Of a DNA stretch of 64,000 nt, positions 53,290-64,000 are shown one piece after another. The stretch lies in the NCBI GenBank assembly GCA_048013815.1, contig CM106586.1, forward strand, positions 22,878,001 to 22,942,000, written 5' to 3'. The position numbers and the translations under genes are program-made. This DNA comes from Setoptus koraiensis (Eukaryota; Animalia; Arthropoda). Numbering within the stretch: position 1 is the stretch's first letter; every line of letters starts with the position of its first letter. A model generated the notes under the pieces. The model made no database searches. It saw only the letters and a program-made list of their open reading frames with translations, and was not told where the DNA came from.

Positions 53290-54734
53290 CTAAGGTAATA
53301 TGCCGTTCGCATCAACCATCTTGAATGTTACGATTTGTCTGAACACATAATCCAATATCTCCCTAGGTGACTCAATCTTGTTATCAGGGACTTTGGTTAT
53401 GGCAGCAAACTCGTGGATCAATGCTTCCAATAGTTTTTCGTCTTGTGAGGCTCCATCTACCAGTGTTGCCGCTGCCTCAATGAATTTTATTCGTATTGGC
53501 ATAAACTCAGAATCTAAATCATAGAATTCCAACCTTGGACCAGGTGGCGCTCTCAATAGGGGTCCGCTAGCTGCAGGTTTCAGTTTAGGCATGGGGCTTT
53601 TAAACTCGGGACGAATTAAAGTTAATTTTTCGTGAGGAATTTCCAAATGTTCATAAGCTGCCAGTATCTGAGGTAGATTTACGCTATCTGTAGTGAATAG
53701 TTTCTCCTCTACTAACGACTGTACATTATCGGGAACCGGCTCAGAGTCTTGAAAACATGACAAAGGTAGCTCGGAAAGATAATTCAAATCCGGTGTTCGG
53801 CAATAGTCGTCCAATTCAGCGGTCTTAGCATCATATATATTGAGTTTGAAGTCGTCATTGACAAGGAATTTCAACATCACAATTGCGAATAGCATGTTTT
53901 CTTCTCTAACTATATATTCATCGTGGAAAAACAACGTTGAACCAAACACAACAAGTCTTGAGACAAAGTTGGTGTCCACGAAAAAAGAGCAAATAGCCTG
54001 ATTCACCGGATATGCAAACTTAGATGAGGTCATTGCCACTATTGATGGGCGTTCAACAGTCAAAGTTGCTCCGTAGGGGTACAGAATTTGTATATCATCA
54101 AAATCAGACTCATTTTTTTCGCCTGATATGAACAGATCTTTACTGACATCAGTTGGTAGATCTAATTTCTCCAATACTTTAGCTTTCTCTTCAAGGATAC
54201 CTCTATTTGTCACACCATTCTTGATTAGGACCTCTTTTGGATGGTTAAATTTAAACTTATTTGTCCTGATGACGCAATCAGTGTTTATTGTTACCCCGTA
54301 CGCTTGTGTGAGATCATTGATATTTGATGAAGGCATCTTATCATCGTTGCTTGAAACTGTAATGAGAATCCTCCCACCATCTTTGATATATTTTCCTAAA
54401 ACTTCTAACTGATGATTGAGATGACCGATGTTAGATATAGAAACTTTCATAGTGATGAGTTCAACCGATAATAGACAGTATTGATTAGTTTGCGCCTTAC
54501 CTCTACAGTCGAGTAGTCAATGTTAGCCGCGAACAATAGCAGAACACTTTTAGCCTTGTCGTAGTTACCTAATCCAGCTTCAGTGAGACCATCAGTCAAG
54601 TTGACTACTCTCCATCTATTTAACTTAACTTTTCGTTTGAATGTTCTTATTAAATCCTGGTTCAAGACACTTGATTCATGATGTTTTGAGGCATCAATGA
54701 TTAAAGTGTAACCAGCATTCGAATTACTCATCAT
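53290..54734 (-). CDS. IFT52: Intraflagellar transport protein 52; exons 54734-54501, 54408-53290 (450 aa)
   Basis: The spliced junction YSTVE|LEVLGKYIKDGG matches the GIFT domain. Also HPKEVLIKNGVTNR, LYPYGATL and the C-terminal PPGPRLEFYDLD. 92-nt phase-0 intron. Confidence 0.88.
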
Positions 54735-55088
54735 AGCTCGACAAATGCAAACGTCATTATAATACTAGGTTGCTGAAAACCAATTTGATCGACTCGACCA
54801 AATCTTCACAATTAATACACAGAATATTTATGAGCACTGAGTTTTTGTGTCACTCGTAACTAATAGCAACATGAAACTAATGACAATCGCGGGCACGGGG
54901 CCCTGTAGTTGAACTAAGCGCTCCCAAACCAAACATGCGCTCGAATCACATAACACAGCTGAACTAATCCGAGCACTATCTTGATGGATGTGGGTCGATC
55001 ATTTAGTTGATCAACCGTATAATTCTTCAATATATTACGGTTTTCATATCATTATTACATCGCTGAACAAATAGTGAACTATTCAAAA

Positions 55089-55922
55089 ATGATTCCGATT
55101 AAATCTGCTCTAGCAATGCTGCTGTGGGGCGGCCGTCACAATAGATTTAGTACAGCCTTGGAATCAATGAAATCTTACTCAAAAGATGAAACTGAGGACA
55201 ATTCCAGCATTGTCAGCGTTGAAAATCCATTACAATCGAACTACGAAGAAGAGCGCATTGACGAAGATTTATCACCAAATAATTTAAAACTTATTATAAT
55301 AATAAGTGGCAAACGGGAATCCGGCAAAGATCACATTTCCACTTTAATAACTAATTATGTTGGTTATAGCCATATGAAACACTTAGCCGTTCTCCGTATC
55401 TCCGGACCAATCAAGCGACAATTCGCCAGGTCTAACACACTTGATTTCGAACGATTACTAGATGTCACAGGTTATAAGGAACAGTACCGCCTATTAATGA
55501 TGGAATGGAGTGAAAACTATCGCGAAAAGGTGGGTTGGCACTGTTTTCTAAGGACCGCTATTATGGAGCAAGGAGCCAAATATAAGTCTATTTGGTTACT
55601 AGCTGATGCCCGCCGAACGTGCGATTTCGATTACTTTGAAGATAATCCAGCTTTTGAAAACGTAAAAATCATTAAGATACGAGTTCAGGCTACTGAAGAG
55701 TCTAGGATATCACGAGGTTGGGTTTTTGACGATCGAATTGACAGGCAACCTACAGAATGCGGTCTAGATGATTATAAAGATTGGACTTATATCATTGATA
55801 ACGATGACGACGATGATAGAAAACTTTTACAAGAATCATTACAACCCGTATATGATGAGGTTGATCGAGTGATTGAAGAAATTGATAGAGAACAATCTGA
55901 AGATATGTTAAAGTATGATTAA
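55089..55922 (+). CDS. PMVK: Phosphomevalonate kinase (animal type), intronless, about 277 aa from the first ATG
   Basis: IIISGKRESGKD P-loop, SGPIK, YKEQYR, DARR, RGWVF, TECGLD. The start is uncertain because of the N-terminal extension. Confidence 0.9.
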   Translation: MIPIKSALAMLLWGGRHNRFSTALESMKSYSKDETEDNSSIVSVENPLQSNYEEERIDEDLSPNNLKLIIIISGKRESGKDHISTLITNYVGYSHMKHLAVLRISGPIKRQFARSNTLDFERLLDVTGYKEQYRLLMMEWSENYREKVGWHCFLRTAIMEQGAKYKSIWLLADARRTCDFDYFEDNPAFENVKIIKIRVQATEESRISRGWVFDDRIDRQPTECGLDDYKDWTYIIDNDDDDDRKLLQESLQPVYDEVDRVIEEIDREQSEDMLKYD

Positions 55923-56099
55923 TGAGGCTATTCTCTCCAGAGTGAGTCAAATAAGAGTATGTTCACCTGGGTTGAATACAGTTTAATTGTTTCTCCCTCT
56001 TTGTACATAATTTAAAATGGAGCATCGAACGTCATCTGATGTTTTGCGATCAATCGATTCAAAAGCCAGAAACCACCATTTGTATACTTAGCTCTTATG

Positions 56100-57269
56100 C
56101 TACTGTTCATTGTAAAGGATTTTGGAAACAAACTTCGGCAGAATGAAGGCAGAGTGGTGAATCTCCTTAGAGTAATATTTTAGATTAAGTTTTTCTTCGT
56201 CCAATATATGGCGAGGTTCTTTGAAATCAATAGATTTCTCTTTAGAGCAAATGAGGAACCCTATCTGGCCACTGGGATAAGTGCACGTCATGGTGGAAGC
56301 GTAGGCCACTGATTCAAATAACGACCTATTTACTTCAAGTAGACTTTTGATGAATTCCAAATCGAACCATATTGATTCAGCTTGACAACAAATAATACCT
56401 CCTGCACGTAATTTCTTATACAATAGCTCGTAGTAGGATCGTTGGAATAAACAAGCCGCCGGGCCTTGAGGATCAGAGGAATCTGTTATTATTACATCGA
56501 AAGAGCTATCGTCAAGCTCTTGCAAATATTTAAGGCCGTCATCGATAATAAGCTTCATTTTGGGGTTGTCGTAAGATGCCGCCATTGATGGGAAATATAT
56601 CTTCGATAGTTCTACGACACGTTCGTCGATCTCACACTGGACCACCTCTTCGACCAATGGATGCTTTAAGACCTCCCTGGCAACTCCTCCGTCTCCACCT
56701 CCAATGATCTAGTTTTAGATAAATCAAATTGTGTAATCGATTATTTAAGACTTCATTCGCATAGTAGAGGAACTACTAATGAAGTACATCTATTTATGAT
56801 ATTTACCAAGACCTTCTTCGGGTCTGCATGGCTGTTCAAGGGCAAGAATGCTATCATTTCTTGATAGGAAAACTCATCCATATCGGTACACTGTATAGCA
56901 TCATCAAGTGCCAAGCACCGACCAAACAGCTCACTTTTTGTTTTTATCATGACACAAGAGATGAAAGAATAACATTAATGGAAAGAGATCAAAATTAAAA
57001 ACATATTTTGTCTAAGATAACCTAGTGTTGGTGGGATTCAGAAAACGATCCAGACAGTGTGTAGAGCAGACCCTAATATGCTATTTCTACTGTCTACCTG
57101 TTCCATGATACAAAAAAAAACTATCAAACTAGTACCTTTCAAATATGAGGATTTTTTGGAACTTGGAAGTTTCCTCATGAAGTTTTTTCTTAGTGAGAAT
57201 AGATAGGGCAACATTTTGGCCCTTTGGTGCCCCTATCTCTGTGAACCATCCTTGTTTGTGGGCGTCCAT
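56100..57269 (-). CDS. SRM: Spermidine synthase; exons 57269-57136, 56933-56807, 56708-56100 (289 aa)
   Basis: [57 protein letters not shown]. Phases 2 and 0 are consistent. The first acceptor is an A-rich AAG. Confidence 0.93.
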
Positions 57270-57651
57270 AATTATGGATATATTTAATAGATGTTTATTG
57301 TTGATTCAATAGACTGTGGGCGGTATACTAAATAAAAAAGATGCTTGGAGTTTATCCTTTAGAATTGATATTTATACTACTCAGAGATTACTATTCTCAA
57401 TTCTTCCTACTCACTAAATAGATAACATGTAGATGGATATATATAAAGAGTTTTCTTCAGTGACAGTCATATGGAATTGATCAAGATCAGTCATACAATC
57501 ATAGATTTACAGAACAATAGTCGATAGCAATATTAGTCACACACAACAGTGTGAGACGTGCATGATGATTGGTCTATGAGGCAAATATTTATTTTTGTTT
57601 ATCTTATCAATACATGTACACAAGGAAATTGATGGAACAGCCTAAGCTTAA

Positions 57652-58107
57652 TTATTTGGATGATTTCGGCAACTTTTTGTATATATCGCCCAAGGCTTTT
57701 TGAAAATGCTCTTCCACATTGGCTCTATTTTTAGACACTAATAGTTTGTTGTAATCTTTACCCAACGATCGTCGGAAATGTTCATCTATATCGGAATCGG
57801 ACTGGTGAGTCTGTATATGTGGTAATTGTTGCATTTGAGGTAGAATAAGACCCTTGTTACTCTTGCTCATATCAAGTGGTTGATCTGCTGTGGTAAAACT
57901 GTTTCCGATCCGAGAAGAAAGTTGCCCACCAGTATTATCTTGTGGGATCTGATGAGGAAGGATATAGGATGATATTGCTGAATGACCATTGCTGTAATCG
58001 TCTCTGCTGCTACTTATAGCAAGGTGTTCAATTTGGAATGGTGTCCTATGGGGATTAATAGTTGTAGCATTTTTAGCTTTACCGTTAGCAGGATTTGAAG
58101 ATTGCAT
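57652..58107 (-). CDS. VGLL4: Vestigial-like 4 / Tgi (two Tondu motifs); 5' end uncertain
   Basis: Tandem TDU motifs IDEHFRRSLGKDY and VEEHFQKALGD, plus PLDMS (PxDLS-like CtBP motif). A possible acceptor at 58046 means an upstream exon cannot be excluded. Confidence 0.85.
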   Translation of the reverse strand: MQSSNPANGKAKNATTINPHRTPFQIEHLAISSSRDDYSNGHSAISSYILPHQIPQDNTGGQLSSRIGNSFTTADQPLDMSKSNKGLILPQMQQLPHIQTHQSDSDIDEHFRRSLGKDYNKLLVSKNRANVEEHFQKALGDIYKKLPKSSK

Positions 58108-58133
58108 TTTGGTTCAGGTTTTGATAGATAACA

Positions 58134-58206
58134 TGTGTGTGTGTGTGTCGTGTGTGTGTGTGTGTCAGTGTGTAAGTTGTGTGTGTGTGTGTCAGTGTGT
58201 AAGTTG
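58134..58206. repeat. (GT)n tract containing a roughly 27-bp duplicated unit (gtgtgtgtgtcagtgtgtaagttgt x2)
   Basis: Directly visible. Confidence 0.85.
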
Positions 58207-58572
58207 TGTTTGGTGGTGGTATATGTAATATAAGTGTGTGGATATATTACATATGTTGTACATATATACATATATATGTATACATATATATATATATGTA
58301 CGTTTATAATTTGTTTATATTAGCTCTAAACAATCTAGCTCAAAGATCAATTGTTTTTGAGATTGGTGCTGATTTGTGTGTGCGTGTGTGTGTGTGTGTG
58401 CGTGTGTGTGTGTTGTTCAGTGTCTGTATGTCTGTGTGCCTCTTATTTTTCTCCTTGCCTTTCCTTTCTTCAGGATAAACGTATATACCGTGTGTGTTGA
58501 AATTCTCGAATTGTACCGATAACATCGGTTCAACAATGCTGCTTGTTGAACATCCATATGCACACATCCACT

Positions 58573-58574
<2 letters not shown>

Positions 58575-58629
<55 letters not shown>

Positions 58630-58640
58630 ACACACACGCA
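58575..58640. repeat. (CA)n microsatellite
   Basis: Directly visible. Confidence 0.95.
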
Positions 58641-60074
58641 CATTGGGCCGCACCGTGTGTGTGTGCGTAACGCGCACAAACACACCTTCGGGTATGCCTG
58701 ACAAGGGGAAACTGTCCGGTGTTTACTATATAACAAGCTAGCAGTGAAATGAAGGCGCACATAATTGCACCTTAGAGAGTACTGGCGCAATTCGCGCTCG
58801 CTATTCACACATAGCAGCATGAGAAAAATATCGCCGGACAACTGTAATTCGGTAGGAATGTGCACTAACTTTGTACTCTATTGAGCTACAATATTCAAAT
58901 TTAAAGAATCATGGTTATTTTTCTTCTTCGTTTTTTTTTGTTTTTGCTGATAAATATTTAGCCCGTCGGTATGCGGACGTGGATCGGCGCTCACTGGATG
59001 GAGCATTGAAATTGTTACACAGACCTCTTCCGTTTTCAACTCTGTAACAAGTCCAATGAAAACATACCTGCCAGCCCGAGATGTGGTCAACCGGTAACTG
59101 AGTAGCCTCTTAGGTTCAGCGCTCGAGGTGTAAACTCACCCTCCCCCGATCGTTGCCAAATATCGTCCAAATGAAACAATACAGTTTCACTATCTTCATT
59201 TTACAGGTTATGCAAGAAAGACTTGTAACTAGTGCATCATATGTTCACGATAACTAGAGGGAGAAAAGGGCAGTTTACCCGGGACATAGTGCTTTGTTCG
59301 TCCGGTGTGGTTGCGGTAACCATAGTTTGGCCGCCAATTCAAGGAACGTGCAAGCACTTTGTCTCTGCTGGTGAACCGCTGCACTCACAAGGCACACTAA
59401 AAAACGTGCTCATGGCCGGCAATGTGCTCAACACAGACAGGCACTTAAAACAACGGGCTACGTGGTACTGGATCAGCGCTCCTTCCGACATGGATTGGTA
59501 CACAAGAGAGAATAGATCAAAAATTCATCGATATGAAATGGAAGAGCTCAGAAATTGTAACTTGGCACAGCATTTCCATAAAGAACTCACTTTTCTCCTC
59601 GGTAAAGCTTGATGTGTGCTCGAAAATATAAACTCATGATGTCCATAAGTCTTGATCGATTCGATGCTACATCAGAACTGGTTTATTCACTGCTCACTGT
59701 ATCCATTCTTTTAAAAACAAAGCACTCGTAGCACTGACATAATCGAAAACACTTACTCAGCATAACTTGTTGTTCACGAACGAGTCCCAGGGTTCAAATA
59801 GATTTCGTTCATGTTCGTTCAAACACTCATACGACCGGAAAACTTAGGAGGCTAGCGTTGGAAACTGATGCGATTGGTCAAGGTTACCAATCGTCATTAG
59901 CGTGTCTGTAATATCTTGCTGGCTCGTCATGATGAATTTGTAAAGGTGAATTCCGTCTCAAGTGTTTACTGCTGGCGCCTTGTGATTGTAGTGGATGTGA
60001 GGTGTCAATAGATGGCGCCGACTATAGGCATTGTTCTGTGCAATACATCATATTCTTGTGAACCTTTCGATATA

Positions 60075-60320
60075 CGGGGTGCGATCTCACTTCTTTTATA
60101 CTTTTTGTGCACACGCACACAGACCTTCTTGTGCGTTGCCTGTGTGGATGAAAAGCACAAAACACTCACTTATTATTTTGCGCCTGCAATGTTGAATACA
60201 CTTTTCGCACGACATCCAGATGGCTTGCACAAAATCGACCAAAATACGCACAAACACGATTTACAGCTTTGTGTGTACAAAAGCTCGCACAGAAAGTATA
60301 AAAGAAGTGATAACACCCAG
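60075..60320. mobile_element. 246-bp MITE-like insertion, Tc1/mariner style (TA target)
   Basis: Perfect 18-bp inverted repeat at 60087-60104 / 60293-60310, extended by CGGGGTG...CACCCAG ends. Flanked by TA on the left and CA on the right. The paralogous Fip1 promoter (63497-63518) shows the empty site. No coding capacity. Confidence 0.72.
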
Positions 60321-60528
60321 CAAATACACCGTGAGCATAGCCGCTTCATTTCACCACCGGGGTTTACCTTTTCTTAACTTGGTTGACGAAGAATTAATTT
60401 GCTAATATTTTTTGCTAAAGCCTACCCAGAGAAGTTAACTCTAGCTGAGAGGACATCACTACAGAGCCACCCTATATTTATGGTGGTTTATTATATTAGA
60501 TACATTTGCACAATTAAAAGATATCAGC

Positions 60529-63319
60529 ATGGAGGAGGTGGCACAGTCCAGTGAAATGGAAGAGGTAGCACCGCCCAATGCAGTGGAAGAAGACGTTCCT
60601 CAAAATAATGAAGCACCAATGGATGACGAGGAGCATTTCGACGAGGAAGAGGATGATGACGACGACGACGATGATGATACTCAAGGTACTATGGGTGATG
60701 TATCCTCTGGCACACAAAGATATGATATGGACGAGGGTCCGCAAAATCTTGCAGTACAAAATAATAGCTTTAATGGACGTGAAGATGAAGATGGAGATAA
60801 TTTCGAAGGGGAACAACAAGTTGAAAGTGGTCAGAACGAAGTAAATGGAATGGCAAATGCCACCTTCCATGGTAGTCAATATGCGGTCAATGTCGGAAGG
60901 AAGCCAACTTTTGGTCAATCCTGTAGCTTGAGAACTCTTTTACAAGATGGCATACTGCATGCCGGTGAAAAAGTTTTATCCATTGATTACATGGTAAGTC
61001 ACATGCTTTTGTTGACTTTATTCTGTGGAGCTCTGACTTGACCCTCTAAGATACTATAAAAATCTGTTTTTATTTACAGGGCACAACATTTCGCGGTGAC
61101 CTAAGAAGTGATGGCACCATTATGATGCGAGGCCCCGATAACGCGCCGCATGTTTATGCAACCCCGTCAGCTTGGGTAAGTAATTTGCACTATTTCTTCA
61201 AATTATTCAAATTCAACTAGTGTTAAGATAATCTCGGGTTCATTAGCTACAGAAAAGTCGTGTCAACCGTACCGGTATTTCGTGACAATTGCGTCTCGAG
61301 CTGTCAACGTACGAGCATCATTCGGAAAGTCGTAGGTCTGATGCACGCCCCTGCTTTGGTACACCCACCCTGCTAGGTGCAATCTTGCTGCATGTCAAGA
61401 ATCACATAAATAATTCCTGATGATCTGGCTTGATACAGTGCATCGCGCTTCAAGACCATCGAGCGTAGATTGATTCTGATGATTATTCTTATAGCTACAG
61501 GATGAAAATAATATATTTATTATGTAACATTTAAACTAGATTTAATATTAATTGATTTATTGTCATAATTGAATTATGCAAATTTTAATTCAATGACCTT
61601 ACTTAGGCCAATCACTGCTGCAAAATTATAAACCCTGAAAACAAACCGGGTTCGGCATGGTCATCTATAAGATTTCGTGGAAAAAGATTGGATTCATATA
61701 AACTAAAATGGTATCGAGCTCAAAAGAAACCAGTATCAACAAATGATAGCGGGCAGTTTCCAGTATTACAGTATAACGATAATATCAACACAATCAATAA
61801 TAGCAACAACATCAATATTTTGAATAATAATATCAACAGTAATATTATTAATAATAATCTGTTGCTACAACAAAGACGAATGCAATTGACTCAGCAACGA
61901 GCGGCTGTAAATAACGCCTACAACGCTACCAGAGGCAGGCCTCCAGTTATTAATAATTCTGGTAATAAATTTTCTGTCCTACAACAATTGCGTCCAACCA
62001 TGAATAACAATCAACAGGGAAGACAGAAGCTTCATACACATAATCCAAACGTCGGCAACAATGGTCATTCTTTGATGATGCCCTTATACGAGCCTCCATT
62101 TAGAAATAAAAAATTAATTGAATCTATACTCCTAGGAAACAATATGGACCGCGACTGTAGGGATCTGGTCGCAAAATCTCTTGACAATTCGGAAGATCCC
62201 TCAGGCCCTCGTAAGAATATTATCAGTTACGAGATGCTTGGAACTCGTGGTAGCAAGATCACACTCAATCCAAATGTTATGATCAAGTGTGTGCCTTTCA
62301 CAGCTATTGATCGTATACAGCCCTTCAATGTTACCATTTCTACGAATGCTTTACTCCTTATAGATTTCCACAGTCATATTGTAAAAGGTGAAGTTGCTGG
62401 GTACCTCGCCGGAACTTGGGATCTTAACACCCACAATTTGACCATATCACAAGCATTTCCATGTAGGGCAAAAATTAATGATGAAGCAACCGCTAAATCG
62501 GTCGAAGAAGAAATCCGTGCTGAGATTGAGAAAAGAAAGTTGACTGTTGTTGGTTGGTATCACAGTCACCAAGGAAAATACTCTAATCATCCGACTTTAA
62601 AAGATATCCAAAGCCAGATTGATTATCAGATAACCATGAAGGAATCAATAAATGGCTACTCACCCTGTATCGGTCTTATATGTTGTCCACATGACGCCAG
62701 AACTAAAGGCGACGTGTCACCTACCTTCCAAATGTATTGGGTCATGCCGCCACCCGAACACTTACCCAATCTCTACGGTAGACCAATGCAGATGGTTTAC
62801 TCAGTGACCAGAGATCTCTTTTTAACGCAAGACTTGTTGCTGGAGATGAGACTTTTAGCAAACCATTATGGTGATGCCTCAGAAATGGTTGATTTTAAAG
62901 CAAATTTCATCTTTGACAGCGACATCACCAATCTTGATAAGCTCAGTGGATCAATCAGACCAAAACTACCCAAAGACTTACAGGAAAGCGAATACCCGGA
63001 CGAACCAGCTATCTGGAAGGCTGCCGTGGAGCATTTCTGGAAATTTCTGAAGAATCTAGTTGTGGATCATTCAGAACTCCCCGAGCAGTCAGGCTCTGGA
63101 ACTGACGATGAGGCCAAGCCTGTAGTGAATGAAGAAAAGCCAGTTGTAAGTGAAGAAGAGCCTGTTGTAAATGAAGAAAAGCCAGTTGTAAGTGAAGAGG
63201 AACCGGTTGTAAGTGAAGAGGAGCCCATGGAAGGTGAAGAGGAGGCAGTGGTGAGTGAAGAAAAGCCAGTGATAGATGAAGAAAAGCCTGTAGCGAATGA
63301 AGCCGAAGCTACCAACTGA
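60529..63319 (+). CDS. MPND: MPND (RAMA plus MPN/JAMM-like domain) with a Fip1-derived acidic N-terminus; exons 60529-60993, 61080-61175, 61607-63319 (757 aa)
   Basis: The spliced RAMA domain reads SLRTLLQDGIL..VLSIDYM|GTTFRGDLRSDG..TPSAW|ANHC..INP..WSSIRFRGKRLDSYKLKW. The MPN reads LLIDFHSH..EVAGYLAG..AFPC..VGWYHSH..CIGLI. Both introns are phase 0. Confidence 0.9.
63116..63304 (+). repeat. Coding minisatellite: nine 21-bp units encoding (K/E)PVV(N/S)EE
   Basis: KPVVNEE KPVVSEE EPVVNEE KPVVSEE EPVVSEE EPMEGEE EAVVSEE KPVIDEE KPVANEA at the MPND C-terminus. Confidence 0.9.
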
Positions 63320-63689
63320 AGATTTTTTCCTGGGACAAGTCTATAGTTTTTACAATCAGGAAGGACTATTTTCTCTTCCACTACTTGTTATTACGACCTC
63401 TCTCACTGTCAAGCATCAGAATATTTTTCGCAGAAACCGAGACACTTGTCGTTTCAAATTTCGCGCTGTATTCTACGCATGCTCTTGTAAACCTTTCGAT
63501 ATAAATAAATCGTGAGCACAATCGCTCCGATTCACCACCGAAATGTTCCTTTTCTTAACTTGGTCTACCGAGAATTAAATTGCTTACACTTGCTGCTCAT
63601 GGTAAAATTCCACAAGGCTACCATCTATTTGTGTATATTCTGTTGGTAATTTAAGTTACATATTGGTTGCACAATTAAAATATATCAGC

Positions 63690-64000
63690 ATGGAGGAGGT
63701 GGCACAGTCCAGTGAAATGGAAGAGGTAGCACCGCCCAGCGCAGTGGAAGAAGAAGTTCCTCAAAATACTGAAGCACCGATAGATGACGAGGAGCACTTC
63801 GACGAGGAGGAAGATGATGATGATGACGATGATGATGATATTCAAGTTACTATTGGTGATGTATCTTCAGTCACACAGAGCAATCTTAGAATTAAGCAAC
63901 GCCAAACACCTCAAATTACTAAACCAAAGTCAGGTATAGCTCTTGAAAGCACTGGAGACTTTCAAGGTAAACCAATAATCGATGTGAACCTAGATCAATT
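63690..64000 (+). CDS. FIP1L1: Pre-mRNA 3'-end processing factor Fip1, 3'-partial (runs off the window)
   Basis: Manual translation (absent from the ORF track): MEEVAQ...DDDDDDDDDIQVTIGDVSS...KSGIALESTGDFQGKPIIDVNLDQ. This aligns with recalled human FIP1L1 DDVHVTIGDI and [23 protein letters not shown], which lie just before the Fip1 core motif. The core itself is outside the window. Confidence 0.8.
   Translation, partial: MEEVAQSSEMEEVAPPSAVEEEVPQNTEAPIDDEEHFDEEEDDDDDDDDDIQVTIGDVSSVTQSNLRIKQRQTPQITKPKSGIALESTGDFQGKPIIDVNLDQ

Noticed and set aside
59232-59612. 126-aa ORF upstream of Tgi
   Set aside because: GTG start, no recognisable motif, and the region more likely belongs to Tgi 5' regulatory or UTR sequence.
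60514-60918. Hydrophobic antisense ORF over MPND exon 1
   Set aside because: It is the expected shadow of GAT/GAA-rich acidic codons on the opposite strand.

Overview
Eukaryotic, AT-rich, gene-dense and intron-poor DNA. The proteins are arthropod-like, and the compaction and 5'-biased intron retention suggest an acariform (eriophyoid-like) mite; that taxon is an inference. There are two fixed-size 500-N scaffold gaps (755-1254, 18906-19405). Genes supported by manual translation and splice-phase checks: PP2A catalytic subunit (5' end in the gap), RPB8, Hakai, neurabin/spinophilin with a nested opposite-strand gene in its 7.4-kb intron, G-beta, a 4-exon secreted His/Lys-rich protein, PLC-gamma, TMEM104, Cables, Nedd4, two head-to-head identical Rho1 copies, IFT52, PMVK, spermidine synthase, VGLL4/Tgi, MPND and the 5' end of Fip1. 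No CRISPR, rRNA or tRNA was seen. Most notable observations: (1) the nested gene reads as an in-frame fusion of a Shot/dystonin-type CH2 fragment to a Papillote-like ZP-N transmembrane protein; (2) MPND has captured a duplicated Fip1 promoter plus the first 63 Fip1 codons, and that copy carries a TA-targeted MITE whose empty site is visible in the Fip1 promoter; (3) a 2-kb Rho1 palindrome with 960-bp arms; (4) neurabin lacks its PDZ domain and PLC-gamma has a degenerate SH3; (5) a structured GC-rich island upstream of Hakai. All family assignments come from recalled motifs, not from database searches.
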